Origin: Bigelowiella natans CCMP2755
Taxonomy: Eukaryota > Protista > Cercozoa
Length of the DNA stretch: 38,141 nucleotides
Assembly (NCBI GenBank): GCA_000320545.1
Contig: ADNK01000491.1
Coordinates: 1-38,141 of the forward strand
Reading direction: 5' to 3'
Shown here: positions 14,262 through 25,438 of the stretch, piece after piece
How positions within the stretch are numbered: the stretch's first letter is position 1
Layout: each line of letters begins with the position of its first letter
Notes under the pieces: generated by a model
Database searches by the model: none
The model's input: only the letters and a program-made list of their open reading frames with translations
What the model was told of the DNA's origin: nothing
Program-made: the position numbers and the translations under genes

Positions 14262-15555
14262 TATATTATTTATTTACATACCTGCGTTATTCAGCTTTCC
14301 TTCCTTCTCCCCAACTTTGCCTTCTTTGTCAGTCTCAATATCCTCATCCTCTCCGGCCAACCATTTTTCAGTTAGGCTGGAGGCTATTTCCTTGTATTCA
14401 ACGATTGGAAGTACGGGACCTAATGAGTACATTTCAATCAGATTACAGGGAGGGAGGGAGGGGGGGGGTGGGGCAATAGAAAGAGGAAGTGGTCTAAGGG
14501 ATGAGCCTCCCTCTCGAGTTCTTCTTCTGCTTCTCCTTCGAGAGTTTCTTCTTCTTTTCTTTCTCGACCACCTTGAGCGAGTCGAAACACCAGTTGCGTA
14601 ACCGGCAGCATCGAGAACCCAAGGAAAACAGCCGAAAAAGCGACGAAATCGAAATCGGAGCTGAAGATAACCCACAGCTGGAAGATCATGACAAGGACGA
14701 AGGCCAAGGCAAACCCCGTCCGTGGAACAGTATTCATTCTGTAGGAATTACTTCGCCAATGCATGAAAGAGAACCACACCAGCATCTGAAGTACAAAAGC
14801 AAGGGGAGCGAGGGGAAGTTTCATCAACACGTCTTACGATGAAGAATACCATGGAACATACAAAGGAGCCAAGAATACTTCTCCCAAGATCTTCTACCAC
14901 GTGATCTTCGGGAAGACATGAGATGCCGTATAGTAAAATATCATCATATTACCAAAGCTGTGTTGATAGTGATAACTGTGACTCCGTACAGCCTATTGAT
15001 CCCGACTGCGGCCGCAATTCCCCATGCAAGCACCAGAATAAACGGATAGGCCATAAGGACCAAGTCGGCCACGATAATACCAGGTAAAACACGCTCATAG
15101 ACACCAGTCCCTAGGAAACCAGCAGCGTAATTAATTAACGAACAAGGGTAGAATTCATACGTTCTGCGATGGAATATCTCCTCTTCTTCTTCTTCTACTT
15201 CTTCTTCTTCTGACGCTCCTCCTACCCCATTTGATGTCCCATCCCTTTGACGCTCCGAGGAAGTCGAAGAACCACCGGACTTGGTAGTCGGCCTCGTGAG
15301 CCAGAAGTGCCGTCAATGAGAAGAATAGGAGCGTAGGGAGTCCAAAACTTTAGGTGGCATTGATGGTCATACGCAAGCACACATTACTTAAACTATGATT
15401 GTGCAAATTTGTGCTTGATATTATAAACTTAATACTATACCCTCTCGTCTCTAGCTAGTTAGTTTTACATACGCTATGAGATTTATGAAGAAAGCTCTTC
15501 GGTCGAAATTATCATCCAGCAGAGCAGTCTCTGATCCGAACGACGAGGTACTCAT
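1..15555 (-). CDS. DEK1: DEK1-like / TML-type transmembrane calpain gene (membrane domain and start of cytosolic linker); many exons; 3' end beyond the left edge; start codon tentative
   Basis: Phase-consistent exons give MSTSSFGSETALLDDNFDRRAFFINLIAFGLPTLLFFSLTALL...MLVWFSFMHWRSNSYRM...SPLYAVWVMIFTRVLLVIFGDRHYFVG...FPSLSALIFAAYKFKDDQ...GFLGFSFVWAAIFISLVASSYLDFKDSFEKEEMTYLASPNVFPVFAIHSGSKIQPDNERIYAIYFEALMAFLWGVIAVFMFSEWIGFGVSSLAIAIAYAITVSLEMTALVQFRDAMEYL. Exons include 4475-4576, 4158-4201, 3860-3891, 3522-3558 and 3232-3356. This parallels plant DEK1 motifs as recalled: KWKDD, YSPRVLPVYVY, GWGVVA...GAAVSA, MEDAVHFL. No CysPc catalytic domain is seen in the window. Some internal exons are unresolved. 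Confidence 0.75.
6224..6640. repeat. Compound intronic microsatellite cluster (AC)n(AG)n, (CTA/CCA)n, (AT)n, (TG)n, (GA)n; representative of dozens of SSRs in the window
   Basis: Tandem di- and trinucleotide arrays of roughly 15-37 nt are directly visible. Confidence 0.95.
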
Positions 15556-16476
15556 GATGAGCCGCTACCCAATTTCCCTGTGTGTGCAAACGGTCGGAGG
15601 GTAGCTTTCAGAGAGGAATGATTGGAAGGGTGACCATTACACATATTTTTACCGATAAGAGACTTTCACTTATGCTTTTAGGCCAGGGCGCGCGTTTAAC
15701 AAGCGAGATCAATGGGAATATCAAGGAATGCCCCCCCCCCTGTCCAGCGACGATCAAGCGGTTTGTAGATATGTGGATATTCTCTATTTTCTCGAGCTCA
15801 GTCCCGGCACAGGATACTCTCAGTGAATTATGGGGATATTGGACCAAGAATTATAGGATGTTTTTGGTGTACCATCTGCATATCAAAATCCTGCCGATTC
15901 GCTAACTTTGAATTTCCGTCAAGACAGTTGTTGCCGAAGAATCATGCTGTTTAAAAATGATGTCCTGCGTTTGCATCCTGCGACATGGTTTTCGTGGTTC
16001 CGAAACAACATGAATGATGGCTCCACCGCTGTCTCTGAGCTAGCGAGTCTCGACAGAGGTGGGAAATGTGGAGTGAAGCGATGCCTCCGCAGCTGAAATA
16101 GTCTTGTTGATTGAGGAGGATGTGGATGAATCGCACATCTGATGATCCTTTCAACTGCACCATCAAAATCAGTGCCACACTCATTCGTTCAACACCAGAA
16201 GGACGTGCGTTCGGGCATCACAACGGCTGTTGCGGGCAGCGTGAACTTCTGCGCTGTTGCTGTCCAGACCGATGCACATTTTGCCAGAATCGGACAGAAA
16301 CCATGTGAGATATGGTGATATGTGCCCAATTTGTGCTGCTGTTGCACTGACTAGCCTAATCTAGCAATGCTAGAATGCAATGTTGTGCTTGCATGTGTCC
16401 TGCGCATGAGCTGTCACACCTGGACACGCGCATGTGCTAGCATGCGAAACATGCGAGCATGCATCCATTGCATGTA

Positions 16477-16519
<43 letters not shown>

Positions 16520-17469
16520 AGCAGGTTGCAAAATTTGCGCAGCTGCAATAATTGCACGTAGCTGGTGTGCCTAGCTCCACTGCTTAGCTTGCTAGCTTGT
16601 TTTCATGTAGCAGCTGCGTGGCTAGATGGGCGCATGTTGTAGACATTCGATCTGACCGGCCAAATCTATAACTCAGAAAACGTTTGATCTAGGAAACGAA
16701 AAAGCAATGCGGATGTAATGTCTAAACTTGCAGCTTTAAGGCTGCTTCTTTACTGCAACATGCATGCCAAACCTAGCTGCAAGTTGAAGCAGAAGACTTG
16801 TTTGTCATCCCACGCCGCCTATTTGCCTGATCATAAGATTATTTTCTCAGCATAGAGAGACATGTAGACTAATCACAAGGTGAAATAGCGAGGTTAAACT
16901 TAATTCTTACGAGTGTATATTTGATTGTAAGTAAATACAGCAGGCTTAGGGGGCTTCCCGGTACGCTCATCCACCTGATCGAAAGCGAAGATATAGATAT
17001 TAGTTGTCAATATTCTAGATGGATACTAGCAGTCGAAACGTAGACAATAGTGTGGAACATCACTTGTAGAGCCAGCTGGTTTTCAATGACAAGCTCATTT
17101 GGCCCATTGAGCTTGAACGTCTAAGAAGAATATAGACAGTGGGGGTGATGATGGTGATGAGGATGATGATGAAAGGAGGAGGAAGACAATAGCAGAACGT
17201 CTCAGTTGTGCTTTTCCACACTCCAGTGAATTTTTTTATTTGTCACGTGTTAGATTTTTAGAAGATAAGAGCATTGTACGGAGCAAAACAGAAATGTTTA
17301 TATTATATATTGCAACCCCTCTCAAATACATGCATACCATAATCCCAGTACCTGGATGAGATTTCCCGCTGCGGGTTTACCCCATTCCACATGCAGCTCC
17401 ACTGCTCCATCTCGAACCTGCAACAGATTAAACGACACACATGACGGATAGGAATTCTAGTTTGAAAAG

Positions 17470-18538
17470 AGATCATCATCCACCACCCTGACGACACGGG
17501 CATTGTGCTTGCCCCTTTTATCACGACGTGAGAATGATGCAGCGCTTCCGTCCCATGGGTATGCCTATAGCGACAGCAATAGTGATGACAAAACGCAATG
17601 CATCTAACGAGGAAGCTTTTAACTTGATATTCTATATGTACTCAACCAATTGTGGGTACACGGGTGGTTGCGCACATGTTTCTGCAGCCTGTATTTTCCC
17701 AGCAGTTATACTAGTACTTACCTCTTGGATTTCTATTATCGATGCTCGTGTTGTTATGCGGAAATCCTACGTCATAGGCGACCGACAACAACAACAACAA
17801 CAACAATAACAACGACAAAAAAAGTAACATCGGTTACAGCAATATGATGGCTGCCGATGACAATGATGATGACGAAGACATGTGCTTCGGAGTGTCTTCA
17901 ACTTCTACCGAGCACTTCAAAACAGTATTGTTAGCTAAGTTGTTTCCTCCTCCCTAGCAGTTGATTCTTTTTTCTTTTTTTTCTTTCACTCCCTCCTTCT
18001 TGTACCCGTTCGGTAGCCGCCAATGTGAGCCCCCTTGCCAGTTTAGTTGCCTTCCGAAAGAGGTATCCAAGCCCCATCATCTTGAACGATAATAACGTCA
18101 CAATGACGGCGAAGATAGAGATGATTAGTTTTTAATATATCCCTCCCAGTATTCAGTTGTAGGGTACTGATTTTCGCATACTATTACCTTCATGGCTTCG
18201 TCTTGAGCTCCAGAGTCCTTTAATTTCCATTCTCCTGTAGTGGGTAAGAGGCGGTATGCGTGCACACAAACATACAAAAACACACACACAGTCTCTTATT
18301 ATACATGAAATGTATATAATTTGCATATAAATAAAAGTGTGCCTGAGTGTGTATGTGGCTCTCCACGCATATGTACGGATGTTTATGTGTGTGTAGTGTC
18401 AAAAGCAGAGCAATTCATGTTTTTGATGAAGAAATTCAGTATTTCTTCTATCAACCGCTCAAGCCCTTGGCCTTGGTGTATGTCGCAAGCTCCGAAGAGG
18501 CAGTCGAACCAGAGGACCTTGCTCTCGAAACGTTCTAA
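17470..18538 (+). CDS. Hypothetical protein, 3' exons (5' exons not resolved, probably within 16700-17400)
   Basis: Exons 17470-17527, 17878-17924, 18017-18062 and 18409-18538 splice in phase to EIIIHHPDDTGIVLAPFITTHVLRSVFNFYRALQNTANVSPLASLVAFRKRAIHVFDEEIQYFFYQPLKPLALVYVASSEEAVEPEDLALETF*. The composition is globular and non-repetitive; the family was not recognised. Confidence 0.55.
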
Positions 18539-18929
18539 ATAATTTGTCTCAATATTTCTTTTGCTTCTGCAACTCTAAAACAAGCTGATAATGTCACGGT
18601 GAAGATGATAATGTGTAAGCACGGTGTAGAACTCTTTTAACCTGCTCAGCCTTGCGTGATAGCTCCAAAGTGGAAGGACGCGCACCGATGAATGAACTGA
18701 AGCCACGAATACCCCTCCTAACAGTGTATCGAAGAAAGTGTTTTTACATTCTAGATCATTTTGATAATGGCTGTAATAAGTTTCATTGCGCATACCACAT
18801 TCCCTAGCTATAAGGAGCTTATGCATCGTAAAAACATTTTGGTGAAATATAAGTGAGAATCTCAATGTATGGCATGAGATCTAGATACTCGTGGCAGCGT
18901 AGCGACAGAGATAGTTGGTAGTTGTAATA

Positions 18930-19912
18930 TTAGTGAAATATTATCGTATAAATTACTATAAATGTGGTAAGAATAGCAACAGCAACTACCCAATGACTTC
19001 CTTTCCTGTGACTAATGCGCAATGTAGTGCAACGAACGCACCCACCGGCCTGATGTTTCTATATTTAGTTCTTGCACAATAAATAAATATACACACACAC
19101 ACACACACACACACATATGGAGATGGAGACATTGCGGTTCAATGTTATAGCACACATGAGTTCTCGATTTTCTCGATGTGAATCCACGGGTACGTTTCCT
19201 ATCATCTCCACAGAATGGATGCATACCTCGCGACCGTCGTGGCACGCTGCGACAGAGACTCTGGACCCCCAGCTCCAGACTAGATGATGTGCAGGAAAGT
19301 CAGAAGGAGGAAGGGAAACCCAAGAGAAAGAGAAAAGAGTAGGGAGATAGAAGAAGTTAGTTTCCCTACCATCGTTGCCCCTGAAGAAGAATCTAGGTCC
19401 TTCCGGAAGGGCCTTGATATCTGCCTTGTGCCTAATACCGTATATGCGGTGTTATGTTTGCGCTCCTATCATTGTTGAGCGTGCTTAATTCGCTCCATAT
19501 CGCCGTGCTATACTGGCCGCCTATCTTACCCCATCCAACAGCATTTGATGCTGCGCTAAATGGAGTTGTAGCGAGACTCAAGAGTCCATCGAAGGGTGTG
19601 AGCACAGGCGTTGGTCCAACATTGTGTGCTGTTTTAGAAAATGCCAAGAAATGGTGATGGGTTTGGTAATGACAGCACCCTGATACAGAGAGGAAGTATA
19701 TTACATGATGTGCCGAGGACACAAAAGACAGCGCAAGCTCCGACCAAAAGCAACAGAACTTTGGGCGCAACACTCGCCTGACGGAACCGAGAAGCATTAA
19801 GCGAGGGGGGGCAAGAACAAAACGGACACAAAGCCGGGAATATTGAGAACCAAGATTCCACATTCCTCACCGATTGTCGACTTCGTCTTTGGGGGCCAGG
19901 CAACAACAACAT
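18930..19912 (-). CDS. Small hypothetical membrane protein with N-terminal hydrophobic leader and C-terminal TM helix
   Basis: About six phase-compatible exons: MLLLPGPQRRSRQS|ASVAPKVLLLLVGACAVFCVLGTS|SHNVGPTPVLTPFDGLLSLATTPFSAASNAVGW|GTRQISRPFRKDLDSSSGATM|SGAGGPESLSQRATTVAR|KGSHWVVAVAILTTFIVIYTIIFH*. Donors include GTGAGG, GTAAGA, GTAGGG and GTATGC. Confidence 0.45.
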
Positions 19913-20221
19913 ATTATGTCTCTTCTTCTTCTACTCGTAGGATCGTCTTTGGATGGTCTGTGGCTATTTGCTGTATCACGTCGACAGCGCGTGGACAGTG
20001 GGTTCGGCAGCCACAGTCTGGATTCCGGAGACTAAGTTCGAAATAAAGGGGATTTTCACTGAAAATATCCCAATTTTGTTGTCGCTCACTGAATGTCAGT
20101 TTTGGCTTCCGAACGTTTTTTTCTTTGCCGAAAGATCCGCCGGACGGGACGGACCGGACCGACGACGATCTTTCCGTCGAAGCCCCGCCCCCTACTGTTT
20201 GGCTTGCACTGACTCTATTTC
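19913..20221. promoter_or_regulatory. Probable short bidirectional promoter region
   Basis: About 310 bp, free of microsatellites, between the divergent starts at 19912 (-) and 20222 (+). Positional inference only. Confidence 0.35.
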
Positions 20222-21440
20222 ATGATGCAGCGATTCTTGAATAGCACAGCTATCCACGTGTTAACGTTTTGCTGTCTTCTTCTCTTCCTCCTCGCGGCGA
20301 ACGTCATCACGGTGAGGAGATTATCATTTCTTGGTATTAGTCTCCATGCAGCAGCTCCCAGTCATGTCATCAGTGCTCGGGGGATGAATCAACGGACACG
20401 TGGAAGAGAGAACTCCCAGTGGTCTATGTGTGGATCTCGTTTGCAACATTCCAGCACCAATAGGTGGGCGCAAGGGCGGTCCCTGCAACAGCAGCAGCAG
20501 CAGCCGACGCCGCCGCGGCGAATCCCCATGTCTAGAATCACAGTGCGTTGCAAGGAACAGTCTCCCTCATCCTCATCATTCGATGGAAGCAACAGCATTT
20601 CAGAAGAATATAAGACCCTGGTCGAGGCCATGGAGGAATGTGAGAGCTACGTTCGCCGGAGGGAGTCATCGGGCAATCTTCCTCCCGTTCCTGCAATCCA
20701 CAATGCGGCTCTGATGAAAATGATGCTGGGGGGTATAAAGGAGGCAGAAACAGATCTTAGGCGGGCAATTGATGAGGAACTTAAGCAAAATTTCGGAAAA
20801 GACACGGTAAAGCATACTGTCATATCTCATTTATTTGATTGATCCACCATCACAAACAACTTCATGTAATATTCCACTGTCAGCCCTGCCTGGCGGTCGC
20901 AATGCGGTCTCTCGCTGTCACGCTCTCGCAGAATCCAGATCGGGGCGAAGAATATAGAAATGCACTCGAACAGGTGAGAAAGCTTTTTACCAACACATAA
21001 AAGGGCTAACGATGACCCTGGGACGACGGCTGTGTCATCATCATCGAAAATAATTATAAAAGCCCTTTTATAATATCTACTCAGGCACAAGCAATATGGG
21101 GTCGGCTGTATGGCTCGGATGAAAGTCGTAGACTAGAGTTCAAAATGGCAACCCAGCAAGCTCGTAAAACTACGAAGCGTCTTCATATGACGGTCTGTTT
21201 GAGTCGAGTAGTTTACACGTATAACGACGACTAGACGCACAACATTGAGAACGCCACAGCAGCAGGCTTCTCGAATACTGATGGTGGTAGTAGTAGTAGT
21301 GGTAATAGTACTCAGTTTCTCTCTACACATTGTTTCAGGAAGAGTTGAAGAAGTTGGAACTAGAAAACAATCCAGAGTTGCAGAATCCGGTCAATCTACC
21401 CGCGCAAAGATTGATAATAATAGTGTTATAATGATGGTTT

Positions 21441-21485
<45 letters not shown>

Positions 21486-22165
21486 CCCTCTCCCTCCCTC
21501 CTGTACTTTCAGCAGCCAGACTATTTGTGTTCGATATTATCTCATAAAATATACATCACTTTGTTACCGCTTCAGGATTTGAATCCAGCATACCCTGCAA
21601 TTCGTCAATGGAGTAGTATGTTTTTGATATTAACACCGCAACATCGTCAGTCATTCTTACGTGCCCGATATAATGAAATATATTGTATGTGTTGTATGAT
21701 ACCATCGATATGTGTTGATGGTAATGAGTAGCATAGCGGCTGTGCCGATTTATTCATTTCTTGCATTGTCATCATCATCACCAGAGATTATGAGTATAGA
21801 TGAGTGCCAGAGCCTTATACAATATATGGAGCAATCTGGGTGAGGTTTCCACGAAGAAGAAGAAGAAGAAGAATCATTAAATTGTTTTCATGCATTAGAA
21901 CGTGCTATAACTTCTTTATATGACGGTGGAGCAGAGAACAATCTTAACCGCCGTAGATGTTTCAATACGTACATGCTATGACAATCGCCTTTACTTTCCT
22001 TCTTTCTCTTTCTCGTTTTCTTTCTCTTCCTCTTGCTGTTTAAGATAACATGTGTATGTTTTTACGACACATACACCTAGGCGCCTTGAACCTGCGCTAA
22101 CGACTACTGAGGACTACAAGGATGTGGTTGATACAGACAAAAACGATTCAGAGGTTCTCTTTTCT

Positions 22166-22200
<35 letters not shown>

Positions 22201-24344
22201 TCTCCCCTCCCCCGTACCACAACAAAATGTCCGAATGCCAAAAAAGCATAATGAATATTTTGGTCTCTTCCTCTCCACGATTCACCATCATGGTAACACC
22301 CTCAGGAGATGTCTGCTAAAGTTTGGGAGCACCCCATTCTCATGGACGCTGCTATGCGCTTGTCAGCACTCACAGGCAAGTTATGAAACTTGAAGGAGAA
22401 AGTTGGAGTGGGGGGGGGGGGGGGAGAAAAAAGAAGGTAGAGTAGGATAACGACGACAATGTTTTCCTTGATGATGAACTCTCCACAACGATATGTTTCT
22501 GAGTATTCGGAAAGGAGGAGGAGTCCAAGATGATGCCATCACCCTTAGACAGAACTGCTTTGATTTTCTTTCGGATGATGCCACCTGTGGGTGTTTTAGG
22601 AACCGACCTTGGCCAATTTGAGGATGTCAACCTTGTCAAGTAAAATCTTCCCAAATATACGGATGGACTTTTGCATTCTCGATACGATTTCGCATCAACC
22701 TGAATGTCTTGTAGTCTTATTATTATTATGTACACTTCTCACATCCCCTGCTACTTTTCCCTCGTACCACCCTTAATTTTGTTGTCGTCTGCTTTCCCTG
22801 TCAGGTTTAATGCGGGGGGGCATCATGCTGCGCGCTACGACTATTCTCCGTCAAATCGAGAGATGGGTCTCCAGGGCAGGTGATAAAGATGATGTTGGGG
22901 CGGGGGGGGGGGTGATGGTCGCGAATTAGTAGAACGTGCATATCAAAAGATAGTTGATGAGATCATTGAAGATGTGCGTCCAGTCATCTTCATTGCACAT
23001 TTTGCGCTGCTCAGGCTGTCATCATTTCAACTCTTCCTGAACCAAGACTTCCGTGGCGGGGTGAGCAAATATTAAGATCGTAATCATCGTCATCATCACC
23101 ATCGTCGTCACTAAGATCATGATTACCTACTCGAGATGTGAAAACGGTTTGAGTTATCATAAACCATTATACGCTTTTCACAAGCTTGGAAGTAGTTGGG
23201 CATAAGCCTTCACTACTCAGTAATCTGGTGGAAACTCGTTCGGGTCTGATTTTTATATTGTATACACCACCTTCCAAGGCCACGTACTTCCCAAGATTAG
23301 CCGTCACGGTTATCCCTCGTCGCGGTAGTCTGATGTAGCTAAATATATAACTAGCAGCGTGTTTCTGTACTGTCATAATAGTAAAAGCCTTAATCGTGGG
23401 TCCTTGTGGTCGTCGTGTCTCAGGACGAGCCATATGGTTCGGAAACAAGTCGCCAGTCGGTGATGCGGTCCTCATGATACATAATATGTGATGCTGATCA
23501 ATGCCATTATTTGCTTAAATTAGCTCCACCACCACTGCCCTCCCGTTATTCACTTACTTTCTCCTTCGTCTGAATTGGCGCACCACATGAAATTAATTGA
23601 CACATGTAGTACACCTTGATATCAATATACTGATTCTTAAGGGTAAGTGCACTTCGAATATGTAGATTCTAACGCTCCTCCTTTCATTATTTTGCTGCTG
23701 TCAGCCCCACCCTCGTGCACTGTACGAGTCGATCTATGTCGCTTCAGGAACTAAATACATGGTTCAATTCTTTGTGAGGGAGAAAGGTATAGCCTCAACA
23801 TATTTCTTGCAGAGGATTAAAGTGTCATTCGCAAAGTATACATATTTATGGATGAATAAAGTTTGATATCACAGCTCCACGAGAGATTGGGAGATCGAAT
23901 CTTTCCTATATTGCTGCTACAACATAAGATTACAGTACTTCCTCGATGCTGATACATTTTTCGTTAGGCTGGAAAAACGAGTTGATTTGGGGTGACATCC
24001 CTCCGATATCTTCCGAAGTAAAGTGTTGTAAGCGCTAGGAGGATAATATTGTTCTTACGATAACATATACCTATTTGCAACATGCACCGTCTACCGGAGA
24101 GCAAGAGTAGCATTTATCAGAGTTCTCATATATCTTCTGTAATTCTGTCTCTCGCTGTTCTTACTCTAAACAGTTAAATGGCCAGCACTGGGTATCGGAT
24201 AGTTCGGATGGAAATGAGATTGGAGAAAATCCCAAAGAGGAGGAAAAGACAGTAGAAGATGATTTTGCACAATTTTTTGAGGGTGAATTGGCTGCGGTTT
24301 TGGATGATGAGGCGTCGTCGAAAAACGAAACGCACATTTGGTAG
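20222..24344 (+). CDS. Prolyl-4-hydroxylase-like 2OG-Fe(II) oxygenase-fold protein with bipartite (signal + transit-like) leader; Fe-binding His residues substituted
   Basis: Exon 1 (ORF 20222) has a hydrophobic signal (VLTFCCLLLFLLAA) followed by an R/S-rich transit-like segment. Later exons give IMSIDECQSLIQYMEQSG (21785-21839), LSALTGTDLGQFEDVNLVKFNAGGHHAARYD, GRLSSFQLFLNQDFRGGATYFPRLAVTVIPRRGRAIWF, PHPRALYESIYVASGTKYMVQFFVREK and an acidic tail ending NETHIW* at 24344. This follows the P4H consensus order (LS.EEC, Y..G....HxD, YLND..GG.T.F, P..G.A..F, LH...PV..G.K). Confidence 0.85.
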
Positions 24345-25438
24345 AAAAGAAAATAACACAAAGTCATTAACAGGGTAGCTAGGTAGGCAGCACGCGCAGC
24401 ACACTATGTATTTGTACATGATTGAGATACATATTATATATATATATATATATATATATCACAGTAGAGCATGTGTGAAACATCGTAAGCTTTAGCTAGG
24501 ATGACTTCTACACGTACCTATTGGCTGTACGTACGTTGTTCCAAGTTTGCTAAACCATGCAAAGCCACCTGCGCCTCGACAAGATAGCAGTGTTGTCTAG
24601 CTTATGCGTAGTGCATGTATATTGTTCCAGCATATGTTGTCGATCTAACGATCACTATCTTGCCACACATGCACATAATGATAATAACCATACTAGCATA
24701 TAACCACCCACTGCAAGCAAAAGGCATATCAACAGGTAGCTATATGAATATAAGTTTTTATCTCATCATTGCATGCGCTGGTAGTCTGGTAGAGCTGTGA
24801 TTTCTTACATGCTGCGTCACCGCTGTCATTTTTGCATATAATTCACAATCGTGTGACGAATAACTAAATAACATTACATGCATGCAAAAGCACACAGTTG
24901 TAGCCCTACTATGTCTATTGTGATGCTATGCATCACAGTTGTGATTGCTGCAGGCATGCATGCTAGCATGGCTAGATGGTGAGTCGAGTTAGCGAGCTAC
25001 TACTACGTACGCATCATTTGCGGCTTGTCAAAGTTTTTCCACCAGTCCAATCTACACGACCAGCCTCTCCATACGCTACGCTCATATTCGCACCATACTA
25101 GCATACTAGTATACAAGGCGTTTATGGCATGAGTACACTCTTGCAGAAATTAGATTGCACGGAGAAAGCAGATATCCCCGTAAAAAGAATAAAACAACTT
25201 GAAATCAATGAGATGTTTCAAAATTAAGAATTTATTTCCTTATAAAATGACACAAGCTGCAATAAACGTGTATATACAAGTGCAGAATTTATTGTCGCTA
25301 CAGAAAACCTAGATCAGTTTTTCCTAGCACTTCCAACAAGGTAAACTCAATCATAACAATTCCAAACAAAACGTCGTAATATTTTATCGTCAGTATCTAC
25401 TACAACTACTACTACTACTACTACTACTACTAGTTCTA

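Noticed and set aside
15580-16310. Possible extra 5' coding exons of the DEK1-like gene, or a separate gene
   Set aside because: No convincing phase-consistent model could be built; the region may be 5'UTR or intron.
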